Positions 46,582 to 59,122 of a stretch of DNA of 64,000 nt are shown in pieces. Each line of letters starts with the position of its first letter. The stretch's first letter is position 1. A model generated the notes under the pieces. That model worked only from the letters and a program-made list of their open reading frames with translations. It was not told the DNA's origin and made no database searches. This DNA comes from Escherichia coli (GTDB taxonomy: Bacteria; Pseudomonadota; Gammaproteobacteria; Enterobacterales; Enterobacteriaceae), in the NCBI RefSeq assembly GCF_024502345.1, contig NZ_JALDNN010000001.1; one strand, 5' to 3'. A program made the position numbers and the translations under genes.

Positions 46582-47067
46582 CAGGATGAGGTGCACACTC
46601 TGGTATGGGTGTCACCTGCCAGAAAAAGCATTGACCTTCGAGCGTATTTCGCCGATAAACAGGGATCCGCCTCATGAGCGGGTCTGAATGCTAACGTTTC
46701 TCTACATCCTTCCCGGTGCCTTTGCCGGGTTTTTTACATCTGTAGTCTCGTTTTCTGGAAAATATTCGTTTCCCTGCCATAATCATAGCAGGCAGCCATT
46801 TGCCGGGCGGCATCGGGTATGCCGTCAGATACCTGAAATTCCTGATAGTGTAGTTTTACGGGCGGCTCCGCCCGTTTTTTTTGTCTTCCCGGAAGGGGGC
46901 ATTTAAAGTGGTGCTATGCATAATACGCAGGTTCGCTAACACCTGTGCAGGTGTTGTTATTAACCATAAGGCCTCTACGCGCACCGCTCAGAAGGCCTGA
47001 GAGCGTTTCAGCGGTACGCGTAGAGGCCTTATGGTAAATAGCCTATGCTAATGTCCGCTAAGAGCTG

Positions 47068-47336
47068 TGAGTTCAACTGATGGACGCAACACACTTATTG
47101 AACCGTTCTGCGGGTGATTCATAGTCTAGGCTTTTTCTCGGCCTTTCGTTGAGCTGTCTGGCAACACTGTTAAGTCTTTGCTGGCTGTGAACCGATAAGT
47201 CAGTTCCTTTTGAAAATACTGCCTGAGCAATCTGTTTGTATTTTCATTGGAGCCGCGTTGCCAGGGGGATTGAGGATGGCAGAAGTAAACCTGAATATCT
47301 GTGGCTACAGTAAACTGTTGTGGTCAACTAAAACTG
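47068..47336 (-). mobile_element. remnant of a diverged IS30-family element (terminal repeat plus transposase 3' part)
   Basis: About 70% nucleotide similarity to the 3' region and terminus of the intact IS30 at 47650..48871; interrupted at ~47337. Confidence 0.45.
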
Positions 47337-47649
47337 GCCACCTGAACAGAGGTGATATGCTCACCTCAGAACAACACAGGTGCCATAATGAAAAAAAGAA
47401 ATTTCAGCGCAGAGTTTAAACGCGAATCCGCTCAACTGGTCGTTGACCAGAATTACACCGTGGCAGATGCAGCCAGCGCTATGGATGTCGGCCTTTCCAC
47501 AATGACGCGATGGGTGAAACAATTACGTGATGAGCGGCAGGGAAAAACACCAAAAGCCTCCCCCATTACCCCGGAACAAATTGAAATCCGTGAGCTCAGG
47601 AAAAAGCTACAACGTATTGAAATGGAAAATGAAATATTAAAAAAGGCTA
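47337..47649 (+). mobile_element. IS911-like (IS3 family) 5' fragment with partial orfA
   Basis: Left-end-like sequence GGCCACCTGAACAGAGGTGATATGCTCACC and orfA N-terminus [43 protein letters not shown]; cut at 47649 by IS30. Confidence 0.65.
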
Positions 47650-49517
<1,868 letters not shown>

Positions 49518-49616
49518 TATTACTGTCGCCTGTAAATAACCGGCACAGTGCGAACACCATGCCGGGAGATTATGGCTGACAAAACGGGAACGACAGGATC
49601 CCGCTGTTGTCGGGGG

Positions 49617-50013
49617 TCAGAAGGTTTCCCAGTTCTCGCTGGCGTGTTGTTCCGTTTCACGAACGGACTTTACCGCTTTAACCTTACTCTGCGGGCTGGT
49701 GTTGCTGATTGTCGGTACTATGGTATTTTTTCGTTCAGCATCGCGTTTTTTATTATCACGGAGACGAAATACGCTCACCTTCTCCTGCAGAATCCGTGAC
49801 TGATTCTGCAACGAAGCGGCAGTGGCTGCAGACTGTTCCACCAGAGCTGCATTTTGTTGGGTGGTGCTGTCTATCTGGCCCACGGCGCTGTTAATCTGGG
49901 CAATACCATCTCCCTGCTCACGACTGGCCTTGGCTATTTCGTCAATCAGCCCTTCCATGCTCTGGACGTTACTGATGATATCCTCCATTCCCCTGTCTGC
50001 TTTTTCAACCAGG
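49617..50013 (-). pseudogene. methyl-accepting chemotaxis protein, 3' fragment truncated by IS1
   Basis: Encodes the MCP signalling-domain C-terminus ending in the CheR-docking pentapeptide NWETF; upstream part replaced by IS1. Confidence 0.7.
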
Positions 50014-50689
50014 GTACTGACGGGGTGGTGCGTAACGGCAAAAGCACTGCCGGACATCAGCGCTATCTCTGCTCTCACTGCCGTAAAACATGGCAACTGC
50101 AGTTCACTTACACCGCTTCTCAACCCGGTACGCACCAGAAAATCATTGATATGGCCATGAATGGCGTTGGATGCCGGGCAACCGCCCGCATTATGGGCGT
50201 TGGCCTCAACACGATTTTCCGCCATTTAAAAAACTCAGGCCGCAGTCGGTAACCTCGCGCATACAGCCGGGCAGTGACGTCATCGTCTGCGCGGAAATGG
50301 ACGAACAGTGGGGATACGTCGGGGCTAAATCGCGCCAGCGCTGGCTGTTTTACGCGTATGACAGGCTCCGGAAGACGGTTGTTGCGCACGTCTTCGGTGA
50401 ACGCACTCTGGCCACACTGGAGCGTCTTCTGAGCCTGCTGTCGGCCTTTGAGGTCGTGGTATGGATGACGGATGGCTGGCCGCTGTATGAATCACGCCTG
50501 AAGGGAAAGCTGCACGTTATCAGCAAGCGTTACACTCAGCGCATTGAGCGACATAATCTGAATCTGAGACAATATCTGGCAAGGCTGGGACGGAAGTCAC
50601 TGTCGTTCTCAAAATCGGTGGAGCTGCATGACAAGGTCATCGGGCATTATCTGAACATAAAACACTATCAGTAAGTTGGAGTCATTACC
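50014..50689 (+). mobile_element. IS1, 5'-truncated copy (lacks left inverted repeat and start of insA)
   Basis: Match to IS1 begins inside insA (TACTGACGGGGTGGTGCGTAACGG) and continues to the right end ...GAGTCATTACC at 50689. Confidence 0.85.
50171..50674 (+). CDS. insB: IS1 InsB
   Basis: 167 aa, a few substitutions relative to the 27476..27979 copy. Confidence 0.85.
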   Translation: MPGNRPHYGRWPQHDFPPFKKLRPQSVTSRIQPGSDVIVCAEMDEQWGYVGAKSRQRWLFYAYDRLRKTVVAHVFGERTLATLERLLSLLSAFEVVVWMTDGWPLYESRLKGKLHVISKRYTQRIERHNLNLRQYLARLGRKSLSFSKSVELHDKVIGHYLNIKHYQ

Positions 50690-50781
50690 CGGAGTAACTT
50701 GTCAGAAACATCAATCTTCGTCATCATTTCAAAGAAAAATAATTAGTTAAAGCAGTCCGGGCTGATTGCCCGGACTGCTTA

Positions 50782-52044
50782 CTATTTTAATGGATTGTTA
50801 ATCTTTGCATATTCAAACGGACTGATACCCTTCTCCCGGTTCGCATCCAGAAAATCGGCCCACCATTGCAACATCAGTCGCCGTTCTTCCAGATGTTCTG
50901 CTTTATGGATATACGCAGCACGTACACCATTACGCTCCTGATGGCTCATCTGACGTTCCACAGCATCGCGGGACCACAAACCTGATTCAATCAATGCACT
51001 GCACGCCATCGCCCGGAATCCATGGCCACAGACTTCCTGGGTTGTGTCATACCCCATCACCCTCAGGGCTTTATTTACAGTATTTTCACTGATTGGTTTA
51101 CGCGGGTCATGTGCACCCGTAAATATCAGACCATTTTCACCTGCCCATGTCTGAAGTTCTGTCAGTATGGCTACAGCCTGTTTGCTGAGTGGCACAAGAT
51201 GTGGTGTTCGCATCTTGGAGCCCCGGTGTGAGAATTTTACGCCGGGCAGAGGTTCGCGTTCGGCTGGAATAGTCCACATGGCATTGTCAATATCAATTTC
51301 AGACCACCGGGCGTATCTGAGTTCACTGGAACGAATAAAAACCAGTAAATTCAGCGTAACGGCAAGCTGGGTGACAGGTTGCCCCTTGTAACTGCTAATA
51401 CGCGACAAAAGTTCAGGCAGGCGAGAAAGATCAAGAGCGGGGCGATGCTGGCGTTTTACAGTGGTCAATGCGCCAGCCATATCCAGAGCAGGATTATATC
51501 TGATGATGCCAGACTGTACGGCATAACGCATTACAGCAGATATTCTTTGCTGCAGACGACTGGCGATTTCATAAATTTGTTTAGCTTCTGCGGCACGAAC
51601 AGGGATAAGCAGGTCCGGGGTACGGAGTGTTGTGATATCCCGGTTGCCGATAAAGGGGAAAACGTGTGTCTCGAGGCTTTTGAGTACTTTATCGCTGTGT
51701 GATTGTGCCCATTGTTTATTACTGGCATGCCAGCGTCGTGCAATATGTTCAAAAGAGAGTTGTAAATCAGGGACTACTTTTTTAGCTCTTTTTTGTTCGC
51801 AAGGGTCAACCCCCTCCGAAATCAGTTTTCGGGCCTCATCCCGTTTTGTACGAGCTTCGGAGAGAGAAACTTCCGGATACACACCAAGTGCCAGGGTTTT
51901 CTCCTTACCCAGAATACGATAACGGAGACGCCAGTAACGGGAACCATTAGGATGAACCAGCAGGAACATGCCGGCCCCGTCAGTGAGTTTATAAGCCTTG
52001 TCAGTGGGCTTTGCAGCCCGGATTTTTGCGTCAGTCAGTGCCAT
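50782..52044 (-). CDS. P4-type tyrosine integrase (tRNA-associated genomic island integrase)
   Basis: 420 aa, MALTDAKIRAAKPTDKAYKLTDGAGMFLLV... N-terminal arm-binding domain and catalytic R..HGFR..Y core; adjacent to a tRNA-Phe 3' fragment. Confidence 0.85.
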   Translation of the reverse strand: MALTDAKIRAAKPTDKAYKLTDGAGMFLLVHPNGSRYWRLRYRILGKEKTLALGVYPEVSLSEARTKRDEARKLISEGVDPCEQKRAKKVVPDLQLSFEHIARRWHASNKQWAQSHSDKVLKSLETHVFPFIGNRDITTLRTPDLLIPVRAAEAKQIYEIASRLQQRISAVMRYAVQSGIIRYNPALDMAGALTTVKRQHRPALDLSRLPELLSRISSYKGQPVTQLAVTLNLLVFIRSSELRYARWSEIDIDNAMWTIPAEREPLPGVKFSHRGSKMRTPHLVPLSKQAVAILTELQTWAGENGLIFTGAHDPRKPISENTVNKALRVMGYDTTQEVCGHGFRAMACSALIESGLWSRDAVERQMSHQERNGVRAAYIHKAEHLEERRLMLQWWADFLDANREKGISPFEYAKINNPLK

Positions 52045-52241
52045 AGTTCAGCCTTCTGAATGCGTTAAAGAGGGTACAAATTCTGTCGAACTGGGGTATA
52101 CCCGCAATTATACCCACACAATGGGGTTGATGTGGGGGGAATCTGGTTGAGTTCGGTAGAATTGATTTGGAGGCAGAACGCTTAAATTGTGGCGTTCTGA
52201 AACGAAAAACGGACCTCCGTGGAGGTCCGTTGATATGAATT

Positions 52242-52290
52242 TGGTGCCCGGACTCGGAATCGAACCAAGGACACGGGGATTTTCAATCCC
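52242..52290 (-). repeat. 3'-terminal 49 nt of tRNA-Phe (island attachment-site repeat), not a complete tRNA gene
   Basis: Minus strand reads GGGATTGAAAATCCCCGTGTCCTTGGTTCGATTCCGAGTCCGGGCACCA, matching the anticodon-loop-to-CCA part of recalled E. coli tRNA-Phe; match stops abruptly at 52290. Confidence 0.75.
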
Positions 52291-52567
52291 TTTAAAAGAG
52301 CCCAAACGATCCATCAGCACTAACAGTTTTTTACTGGTTTACCTTGAGAAAAATGTTTAAGTTTGGTTCTTCATGACTTAAGTATTGCTTAAATACGGCG
52401 TTTCGAAGCTACCAGAATCCTACCATTATGAGCCTATGCCCATAGAAGAGAAATTATCTCCCGTTCTCGCGATTCAATGACTAAAAATCAGACGGTGCAG
52501 GCTTTTAGATACTGATATTATATCTTTTGGGTAAAGTATTAATCTCTGTTGAGATAGGCTCTTAGCC

Positions 52568-52906
52568 CTAAAATAGCCGAGCAGCAAACGCCAAAACAAC
52601 AATACTGACATTACCATTAACTGTCGCGATAGTTCTGAGTCGGTCGTCTTTCAGGGTTTTACCGTCAAATGTTGCGATGGTGCGGAGTCGATCGTCTTTC
52701 AGGGTCTTTCCATCAAAGGTAGCGATGGTGCGGAGTCGGTCGTCTTTCAGGGTTTTACCGTCAAAAGTTGCGATGGTTCTGAGCCGGTCGTCTTTCAGGG
52801 TTTTACCGTCAAACGTTGCGATGGTCCTGAGTCGATCATCTTTCAAGGTCTTGCCATCAAAGGTCGCGATAGTCCTGAGTCGATCGTCTTTTATAGTTAC
52901 GCTCAT
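52568..52906 (-). CDS. tandem-repeat protein: five identical 16-aa units (KDDRLRTIATFDGKTL) plus a degenerate sixth
   Basis: 48-bp DNA units differ from each other only at synonymous positions; AGGAGA SD before the second ATG; about 215 bp downstream of hsdR on the same strand. Confidence 0.6.
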   Translation of the reverse strand: MSVTIKDDRLRTIATFDGKTLKDDRLRTIATFDGKTLKDDRLRTIATFDGKTLKDDRLRTIATFDGKTLKDDRLRTIATFDGKTLKDDRLRTIATVNGNVSIVVLAFAARLF

Positions 52907-53127
52907 AAGCATTCTCCTGTGATACGTCCGTTCAGCACTTTACCATCCAAAATAAAGCACTGGTTTCTGTAAGTTCTGGGCGCTAATCATTTGAATATGC
53001 GTTTAAAATCCATCCAGTTAGCATTAACATTAACCAGCGCTTCATCGATCATAACAGGTCTGATGCAGGTTAAAAGATACAATCTTACCTATAAATTGCG
53101 GTAGCGCATTGCTCTGTTATCTGGCAT

Positions 53128-56100
53128 CTAGAGGTGCCCTCCAACCCCTTTAAATTTTTCGATAAACGCCCCAATTTTCTGGAATACGGTCTGCTTTTTC
53201 GTTTTGTACTGAGGATTCAGCGGACTGAGCTTTGGTAGCGTCTCATTTAGCTCAGTGCCATTTTCGGTAGCATACTCCCGTTTGAGTGATGTGCGGATAT
53301 AGCGCCTTGCAGCCTCTTCATTGAGGTTTTCTTCCTTAATCAACGCCTCTGCTTCCCGTTGCTGTTCACGCTGAGCATAGGTAAAGAATGCATCAATGAT
53401 ACTGGCCTTGTCCGGCATGTCATCAAGGTTAGTTTGCTGAATAAAGTCAACAATCAGACCTTCTTTGGCACGGTTGCCCAGACTTGAGCGGATTAAGCGT
53501 CTGACCTCTTCAGTCAGGGCTTCTTTACCTTTTTTCTCTCTGTTGTGGTCGAAAATCAGGCCAAGGATGTAATCCAGGTTAATTTCCTGCGACTTCAGCA
53601 GGTCAATTTCAAACACCACGTCATCCCAGTCTGTGGTTGATTTATCCCTGTCGTTTGATGCTTTTTCGCGTCGCTGCCAGTCCCGGATATCATTGTATGC
53701 TGAGCGATAGTCCTGAACTTTACGTTCTGCCGGGAGACGAATGGTTTGTAATTCAGCAAATTTTTCATCATCCACATAGTGCTCTGCTTTAAAGGTTTCT
53801 ACCGCTTCCGGGTCACTAATATCAACCTTCTGCAGGGCTTTCAGCGTGGCAAATTCATCATAGTTTTGCAGGATGTTTTCTGCCCGCAGATATTCACCAA
53901 ACAGTTTGACGAAGGCTTTTTTCTCTTTTTCACTGTCGATACTGGCAGGGTCAGGGAAGCGCTGCTCCAGCTCCGAAACAACAGCCATAAAACCTCGTTT
54001 AGCCTCACCGGTTGCCGCATCGGTAAAGCCCTGCATGTACTCTTCGTAGCTTTTTTCCAGCACCACATTCTTGGTGTTTTTGTCGCCAAAAAGTGTGATG
54101 GCATCAATGGTCGGACGCTCCAGGTCCCTGAAAGTCACGATATTGCCGAAGGTTTTGGTTGCATCATAGATACGGTTGGTGCGTGAGAATGCCTGCATCA
54201 GACCGTGATAACGCAGGTTTTTGTCAACGAACAGAGTATTGAGCGTCGGGGCATCAAAGCCGGTTAAGAACATTCCCACCACGATGAGAAGGTCGATATC
54301 CTGATTTTTCACTCGTTGAGCTAAATCGCGGTAGTAGTTCTGGAAGCCGTTACTGTCGGTACTGAAATTGGTTTTAAAGTGGTTGTTATAGTCATCAATG
54401 GCTGAATCCAGGAATTCCTTTGCGCTGCTGTTCATTGCGCTGGTATCAAAGCTTTCGTCAGTAATATCACCAATGGCGCTTTGCTCTTCATTAGCAGCAA
54501 AAGAGAAGATGGTTGCCACACGAAGACGTTTATAGCTGCCAGATTTCTTCTCAGCTTCTTCCTGTAGCATTTTAAATGTCGTGTAATAAGCTTTTGCCGC
54601 GTCCACGCTGCTCACTGCTAACATGGCATTGAAGCCTTTTGCTCCCGGGAAGGTACGATGCGTTTTCTGGCGGAAGTTATTGAGAATGTATTGCGTTATT
54701 TCCTGGATACGCAGTGGGTGCAGAAAGGCCTGCTGGTTTTCAGCCGCGCTGAGTTTTTTCTCGTCTGTTTCCGTTTCAAGGGACTTAAACTGTGGGCGGA
54801 CATCGTTATAGTCCACCTTAAACTTCAGCACTTTTTCATCACGAATCGCATCAGTAATTACGTAAGAATGTAATTCACGCCCGAAGACGCTGGCGGTGGT
54901 TTCTGCCCCCAGTGCATTTTCCGGGAAAATAGGCGTACCGGTAAAACCAAACTGATAAAAGCGTCTGAATTTCTTTTTGAGGTTTTTCTGGGCCTCACCA
55001 AACTGGCTGCGGTGACACTCATCAAAGATAAACACCACCTGCTGCTGATAGACGGGCAGGTCAGCTTCGGCTTTCATCAGGTTATTGAGTTTCTGAATGG
55101 TTGTGACGATAATTTTGTTATCGTCCTTATCCAGGTTTCTTCTGAGGCCAGCTGTATTATCCGAACCATTCACACTGTCCGGAGAGAAGCGCTGATACTC
55201 CTTCATGGTCTGGTAATCGAGGTCTTTCCTGTCGACCACGAAGAAGACTTTATCAATAAAGTCCAGCTCGGTTGCCAGTCGTGCGGCCTTAAAACTGGTC
55301 AGGGTTTTTCCTGACCCTGTGGTATGCCAGATAAACCCGCCGCTTTCGGGTTTTGACCAGTTCTTCGCTTTAAAAGAGCTGTTGATTTTCCAGAGAATGC
55401 GCTCAGTGGCCGCTATCTGATAGGGACGCATGACCAGCAGTGTCTGGCTGCTGTCAAACACGCTGTAATTAAACAGAACATTCAGCAGGGTATGCTTCTG
55501 GAAGAAAGTGGCGGTAAAGTCCTTCAGGTCCTTTATCAGGGTGTTATCCGATTTCGCCCAGTTCATGGTGAAATCAAAGCTGTTTTTATCCCGCTTAGTG
55601 GTACTGGCAAAGTACCGGGTATCAGTCCCGTTGGAAATCACGAAGAGTTGCAGGTATTTAAACAGGGAGTTATCGCTGTTAAAGCTTTCCTTGCTGTAAC
55701 GGTGTATCTGGTTAAAGGCTTCACGAATCGCCACGCCGCGCTTTTTGAGTTCGATTTGCACCAGTGGCAGGCCGTTGACCAGAATGGTGACGTCATAACG
55801 GTTAGCGTGTGAGCCGGTCTGCTCAAACTGCTGAATGACCTGCACCTTATTGCGCAGCAGGTTCTTTTTATCTATCAGATAGATGTTTTCCAGACGACCA
55901 TCATCAAACGTAAAATCACAGATATAGTCGATATGGATTTTACGGGTTTTGTCCAGGCTGCTGTCACTGGGGCTGTCCAGATACTGCTCTGCGAAGCGCC
56001 GCCATTCACTTTCGTTAAACTCCACACCATTAAGACGCTGAAGCTGGTCCCGCACATTCGCCAGCATCGCAGTCGGTGACTTAACGGAGATAAACTCATA

Positions 56101-56244
56101 CCCCTGATTAAGAAGGTCCTGAATCAGCTCCCGCTCAAGGTCCAATTCGCTCTGGTAGCTGTCACCGGTATCCATAACTTTTGTGTATTTATCAAGGACG
56201 ATAAAGTTATTGGATTCAGCAATGGTGTGTGTCTGTTGTGTCAT
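53128..56244 (-). CDS. hsdR: Type I restriction enzyme R subunit (Type IC, EcoR124-like)
   Basis: 1038 aa; Walker A GSGKT, DEAH-box [10 protein letters not shown]-terminus [20 protein letters not shown] resembles recalled EcoR124I HsdR. Confidence 0.9.
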   Translation of the reverse strand: MTQQTHTIAESNNFIVLDKYTKVMDTGDSYQSELDLERELIQDLLNQGYEFISVKSPTAMLANVRDQLQRLNGVEFNESEWRRFAEQYLDSPSDSSLDKTRKIHIDYICDFTFDDGRLENIYLIDKKNLLRNKVQVIQQFEQTGSHANRYDVTILVNGLPLVQIELKKRGVAIREAFNQIHRYSKESFNSDNSLFKYLQLFVISNGTDTRYFASTTKRDKNSFDFTMNWAKSDNTLIKDLKDFTATFFQKHTLLNVLFNYSVFDSSQTLLVMRPYQIAATERILWKINSSFKAKNWSKPESGGFIWHTTGSGKTLTSFKAARLATELDFIDKVFFVVDRKDLDYQTMKEYQRFSPDSVNGSDNTAGLRRNLDKDDNKIIVTTIQKLNNLMKAEADLPVYQQQVVFIFDECHRSQFGEAQKNLKKKFRRFYQFGFTGTPIFPENALGAETTASVFGRELHSYVITDAIRDEKVLKFKVDYNDVRPQFKSLETETDEKKLSAAENQQAFLHPLRIQEITQYILNNFRQKTHRTFPGAKGFNAMLAVSSVDAAKAYYTTFKMLQEEAEKKSGSYKRLRVATIFSFAANEEQSAIGDITDESFDTSAMNSSAKEFLDSAIDDYNNHFKTNFSTDSNGFQNYYRDLAQRVKNQDIDLLIVVGMFLTGFDAPTLNTLFVDKNLRYHGLMQAFSRTNRIYDATKTFGNIVTFRDLERPTIDAITLFGDKNTKNVVLEKSYEEYMQGFTDAATGEAKRGFMAVVSELEQRFPDPASIDSEKEKKAFVKLFGEYLRAENILQNYDEFATLKALQKVDISDPEAVETFKAEHYVDDEKFAELQTIRLPAERKVQDYRSAYNDIRDWQRREKASNDRDKSTTDWDDVVFEIDLLKSQEINLDYILGLIFDHNREKKGKEALTEEVRRLIRSSLGNRAKEGLIVDFIQQTNLDDMPDKASIIDAFFTYAQREQQREAEALIKEENLNEEAARRYIRTSLKREYATENGTELNETLPKLSPLNPQYKTKKQTVFQKIGAFIEKFKGVGGHL

Positions 56245-56307
56245 GGAGCATCCTGTGCGTCATCTGGCAAAGTCCGGAAGGGTATCAGAAGCATCTTCCG
56301 GCATTCA

Positions 56308-56352
56308 TAAAACCTGATACCGGACGGGTGAGAACAAACCCTGCCGGTATCA
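56308..56352 (-). terminator. stem-loop in the hsdS-hsdR intergenic region (possible hsdMS terminator or regulatory structure)
   Basis: 8-bp inverted repeat GATACCGG...CCGGTATC followed by a T-rich run on the minus strand. Confidence 0.35.
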
Positions 56353-56360
56353 ATGGTCCG

Positions 56361-57569
56361 TCAGTTGCTAGTTGTTTCGTGCTTCGGGAAGCTGAACAAC
56401 AAGTCGCGATAGTACTCGTACTGCTTCTGGCGTAGTTCTATTTCACGGGGTAAGCCTTCGGTGATAGAGCTTGTTAATGTGTCGAATTTATCGAGTATGG
56501 TGACAATCCTAACTTGCTCTGACTTTGAAGGGATTGGTAGTAAAAGGTCCTCCATTTGTTTTTTGGATACGGCAGGAATACCTCCTTTCTGCTGAATACC
56601 CGTTAATTTGGTCTCGGATTGTTTCAGATAGTAATAGACATACATCCAATGCAACTGTTCAGTGCTTCTAACAGAGATGGAATAGCAACTATTGCCTGCC
56701 CAGTAAGGAGTGGAACTCTTATTTACAAATCCTGCATTTGCTCCACGCGCACTCACAATAATCTTATCGCCATCATTGTTGAAGTCTTCGTAGTAACCTG
56801 TAGGAGTCCGCCCTCCGTTGTAGACCGGATAATCTGCGTCAGGATTCTGCTTGTCCTTACGGACAAACGCACCAATTGTAATTATTGCTACTTCCCCCAG
56901 ACTCTTCCACTCAACACTCCCCCCCTCAAAACTCAGCAATTGGTTACGATAGTAATTGTACTGCTTTTTACGCATGGTAAGCTCAGCTGTAAGCTCAGCT
57001 GTAAGAGCAGTAAATTTATCCAGAATTCGGACGATTTCAGACTGGATGGTCAGAGACTTTTCAGGATTTTCCGGGCAAGGAATGGGGGCTTTATATGCTG
57101 AAATCATTTGAAGATTCAGCCCACCACGCCCGCTGTTCCCAGATGATATCTGACGTAGATTATCATACTGGGTTTCCAAAAAGTGGAAAATATAATCTGA
57201 ATTGATCTTCCGCTCATCAAATGTAATGGCTGCAAGTGATTGATTGGTGGTTAATTTAATGCGGGTTCTTGCTACTTTACCACGAGTTTTACCCTGACCT
57301 GCTAATGCCATAACAATGGAATTTTCAGGAACAAATTTAGCACTTGAGTTATTTAATCCATCCTCAGTAATGAATGTCTCAGTTTCTTTGATGGTTTTTA
57401 AATTTACTTCACCTGAACTCATCCAGGGGATAGTTCCATGCTCCCAATATTCTGTTTTTTTAGTATCAGGGGTGCCACCAGAATAAATTTTTTTTGCAAC
57501 CTTACCGAGAGGGAACCACTCAACCTCAATCCCCTCCAGCAGTTTTTCCAGATAATTTAGCTTACTCAT
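56361..57569 (-). CDS. hsdS: Type I R-M specificity subunit (Type IC), two TAEL repeats in the central conserved region
   Basis: 402 aa; conserved central ...[27 protein letters not shown]... and C-terminal ...[37 protein letters not shown]; 4-bp overlap with hsdM. Confidence 0.85.
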   Translation of the reverse strand: MSKLNYLEKLLEGIEVEWFPLGKVAKKIYSGGTPDTKKTEYWEHGTIPWMSSGEVNLKTIKETETFITEDGLNNSSAKFVPENSIVMALAGQGKTRGKVARTRIKLTTNQSLAAITFDERKINSDYIFHFLETQYDNLRQISSGNSGRGGLNLQMISAYKAPIPCPENPEKSLTIQSEIVRILDKFTALTAELTAELTMRKKQYNYYRNQLLSFEGGSVEWKSLGEVAIITIGAFVRKDKQNPDADYPVYNGGRTPTGYYEDFNNDGDKIIVSARGANAGFVNKSSTPYWAGNSCYSISVRSTEQLHWMYVYYYLKQSETKLTGIQQKGGIPAVSKKQMEDLLLPIPSKSEQVRIVTILDKFDTLTSSITEGLPREIELRQKQYEYYRDLLFSFPKHETTSN

Positions 57570-59122
57570 GCCTGCGCCTCGTAGCCTTCAATTTCTGCCA
57601 CAATCGCATCAATGTCTTTGCGTAACTGGTCGATTTTGCTGACCGTGGTTTTAAGCTCAACATTCAGTTCGGTGATATCGACGATTTCACGGGTATCTTT
57701 TGCTTCGACGTAGCTACTGACAGACAGATTGTAGTCATTACCAGCAACAGTCTCTAATGGCACCGTTTTCGCCAGATGGTCAGTATCTGCCTTACTGTTG
57801 AACACATCCATAATCTGCTTAATATGACCATCAGTCAGGATATTGTTATTGGTTTCTTTCTTAAACAACCCGCTGGCGTCAATAAACTGAACGCGGGTAT
57901 CTGTTTTGTGCTTGGACAACACTAGTATGTTAACGGCAATGGTGGTGCCGAAGAACAGATTTGGTGCCAGAGAAATCACCGTTTCAACATAGTTGTTGTC
58001 GACCAGGTACTGGCGGATTTTCTGCTCTGCTCCGCCACGGTAGAAAATACCGGGGAAGCAAACTATTGCTGCACGCCCTTTAGCTGACAGGTAGTTTAGT
58101 GCATGTAGCACAAACGCAAAGTCAGCTTTTGATTTCGGGGCCAGTACGCCAGCAGGAGCAAAGCGCTCATCGTTAATCAGGGTCGGATCATCACTACCAA
58201 TCCACTTAACCGAGTACGGTGGGTTAGAAACAATCGCATCGAACGGTTTTTCATCGCCAAAGTGAGGCTCAGTCAGGGTATTCCCCAACCTGATATCAAA
58301 CTTATCGTAGTTGATGTTGTGCAGGAACATATTCATACGCGCCAGGTTAAACGTCGTATGATTTATCTCTTGTCCGAAAAAACCTTCTTCAATGATATGA
58401 TTATCAAAGTGCTTCTTCGCCTGAAGCAGCAGTGAGCCAGAGCCTGCGGCAGGGTCATAGATTTTGTTGACGTGAGTCTGACCATGCATCGCAAGCTGAG
58501 CAATCAGCTTAGAGACGTGCTGTGGTGTGAAGAACTCCCCGCCAGACTTACCGGCATTCGCCGCATAGTTTGAAATCAGGAACTCGTAGGCATCACCGAA
58601 AAGGTCAATCTGGTGCTCATTAAAATCCCCGAGCTTTAGCCCCTCAACGCCTTTCAGAACGGCAGCGAGGCGGCTGTTTTTGTCTTTGACGGTGTTACCC
58701 AGTCGATTGCTGGTCGTATCGAAATCGGCAAACAGACCTTTGATGTCGGCCTCAGACGGATAGCCGTAGGCAGAGCTTTCAATAGCGACGAAGATACTGT
58801 TTAAATCAGCATTCAGCCTGTCGTTGGTGTTCGCTTTAGCGGCAACGTTGCAGAACAGCTGGCTCGGATAGATGAAATAGCCTTTAGTCCTGATGGCATC
58901 ATCTTTGATGTCATCGGTAATGATGCTGTCATCAAGTGCTGCATAATGTATGCTCTCATCCCCTGCTTCCATGTAGCTGGAAAAATTCTCACTGATGAAG
59001 CGGTAGAAAAGGGCACCGAGTACATACTGTTTAAAATCCCATCCATCTACTGAGCCCCTGACATCATTGGCAATGGCCCAGATTTGACGGTGTAGTTCTG
59101 CACGTTGTTGAAGACTGGTCAT
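57566..59122 (-). CDS. hsdM: Type I R-M N6-adenine DNA methyltransferase subunit
   Basis: 518 aa; catalytic NPPY motif (SNPPYS) and AdoMet-binding region [10 protein letters not shown]. Confidence 0.9.
   Translation of the reverse strand: MTSLQQRAELHRQIWAIANDVRGSVDGWDFKQYVLGALFYRFISENFSSYMEAGDESIHYAALDDSIITDDIKDDAIRTKGYFIYPSQLFCNVAAKANTNDRLNADLNSIFVAIESSAYGYPSEADIKGLFADFDTTSNRLGNTVKDKNSRLAAVLKGVEGLKLGDFNEHQIDLFGDAYEFLISNYAANAGKSGGEFFTPQHVSKLIAQLAMHGQTHVNKIYDPAAGSGSLLLQAKKHFDNHIIEEGFFGQEINHTTFNLARMNMFLHNINYDKFDIRLGNTLTEPHFGDEKPFDAIVSNPPYSVKWIGSDDPTLINDERFAPAGVLAPKSKADFAFVLHALNYLSAKGRAAIVCFPGIFYRGGAEQKIRQYLVDNNYVETVISLAPNLFFGTTIAVNILVLSKHKTDTRVQFIDASGLFKKETNNNILTDGHIKQIMDVFNSKADTDHLAKTVPLETVAGNDYNLSVSSYVEAKDTREIVDITELNVELKTTVSKIDQLRKDIDAIVAEIEGYEAQA

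Noticed and set aside
49854-50252. 132-aa ORF spanning the MCP fragment and IS1
   Set aside because: Chimeric read-through: its N-terminal half is antisense to the MCP fragment and only the C-terminal part is the remnant of IS1 insA.
52108-52320. Complete tRNA-Phe gene, and the 70-aa ORF over it
   Set aside because: Only the 3' 49 nt of tRNA-Phe match; the D-arm and acceptor 5' half are absent. The ORF is an artefact over the att repeat.
52620-52900. 48-bp tandem array considered as a CRISPR or non-coding satellite
   Set aside because: There are no unique spacers between units, and unit differences are synonymous in one frame, so it is a coding repeat.
52677-52922. Plus-strand ORF across the tandem repeat
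   Set aside because: Its repeats change amino acids between units (FRVFPSKVAMVRS, FRVLPSNVAMVLS), whereas the minus frame is perfectly conserved with an SD.
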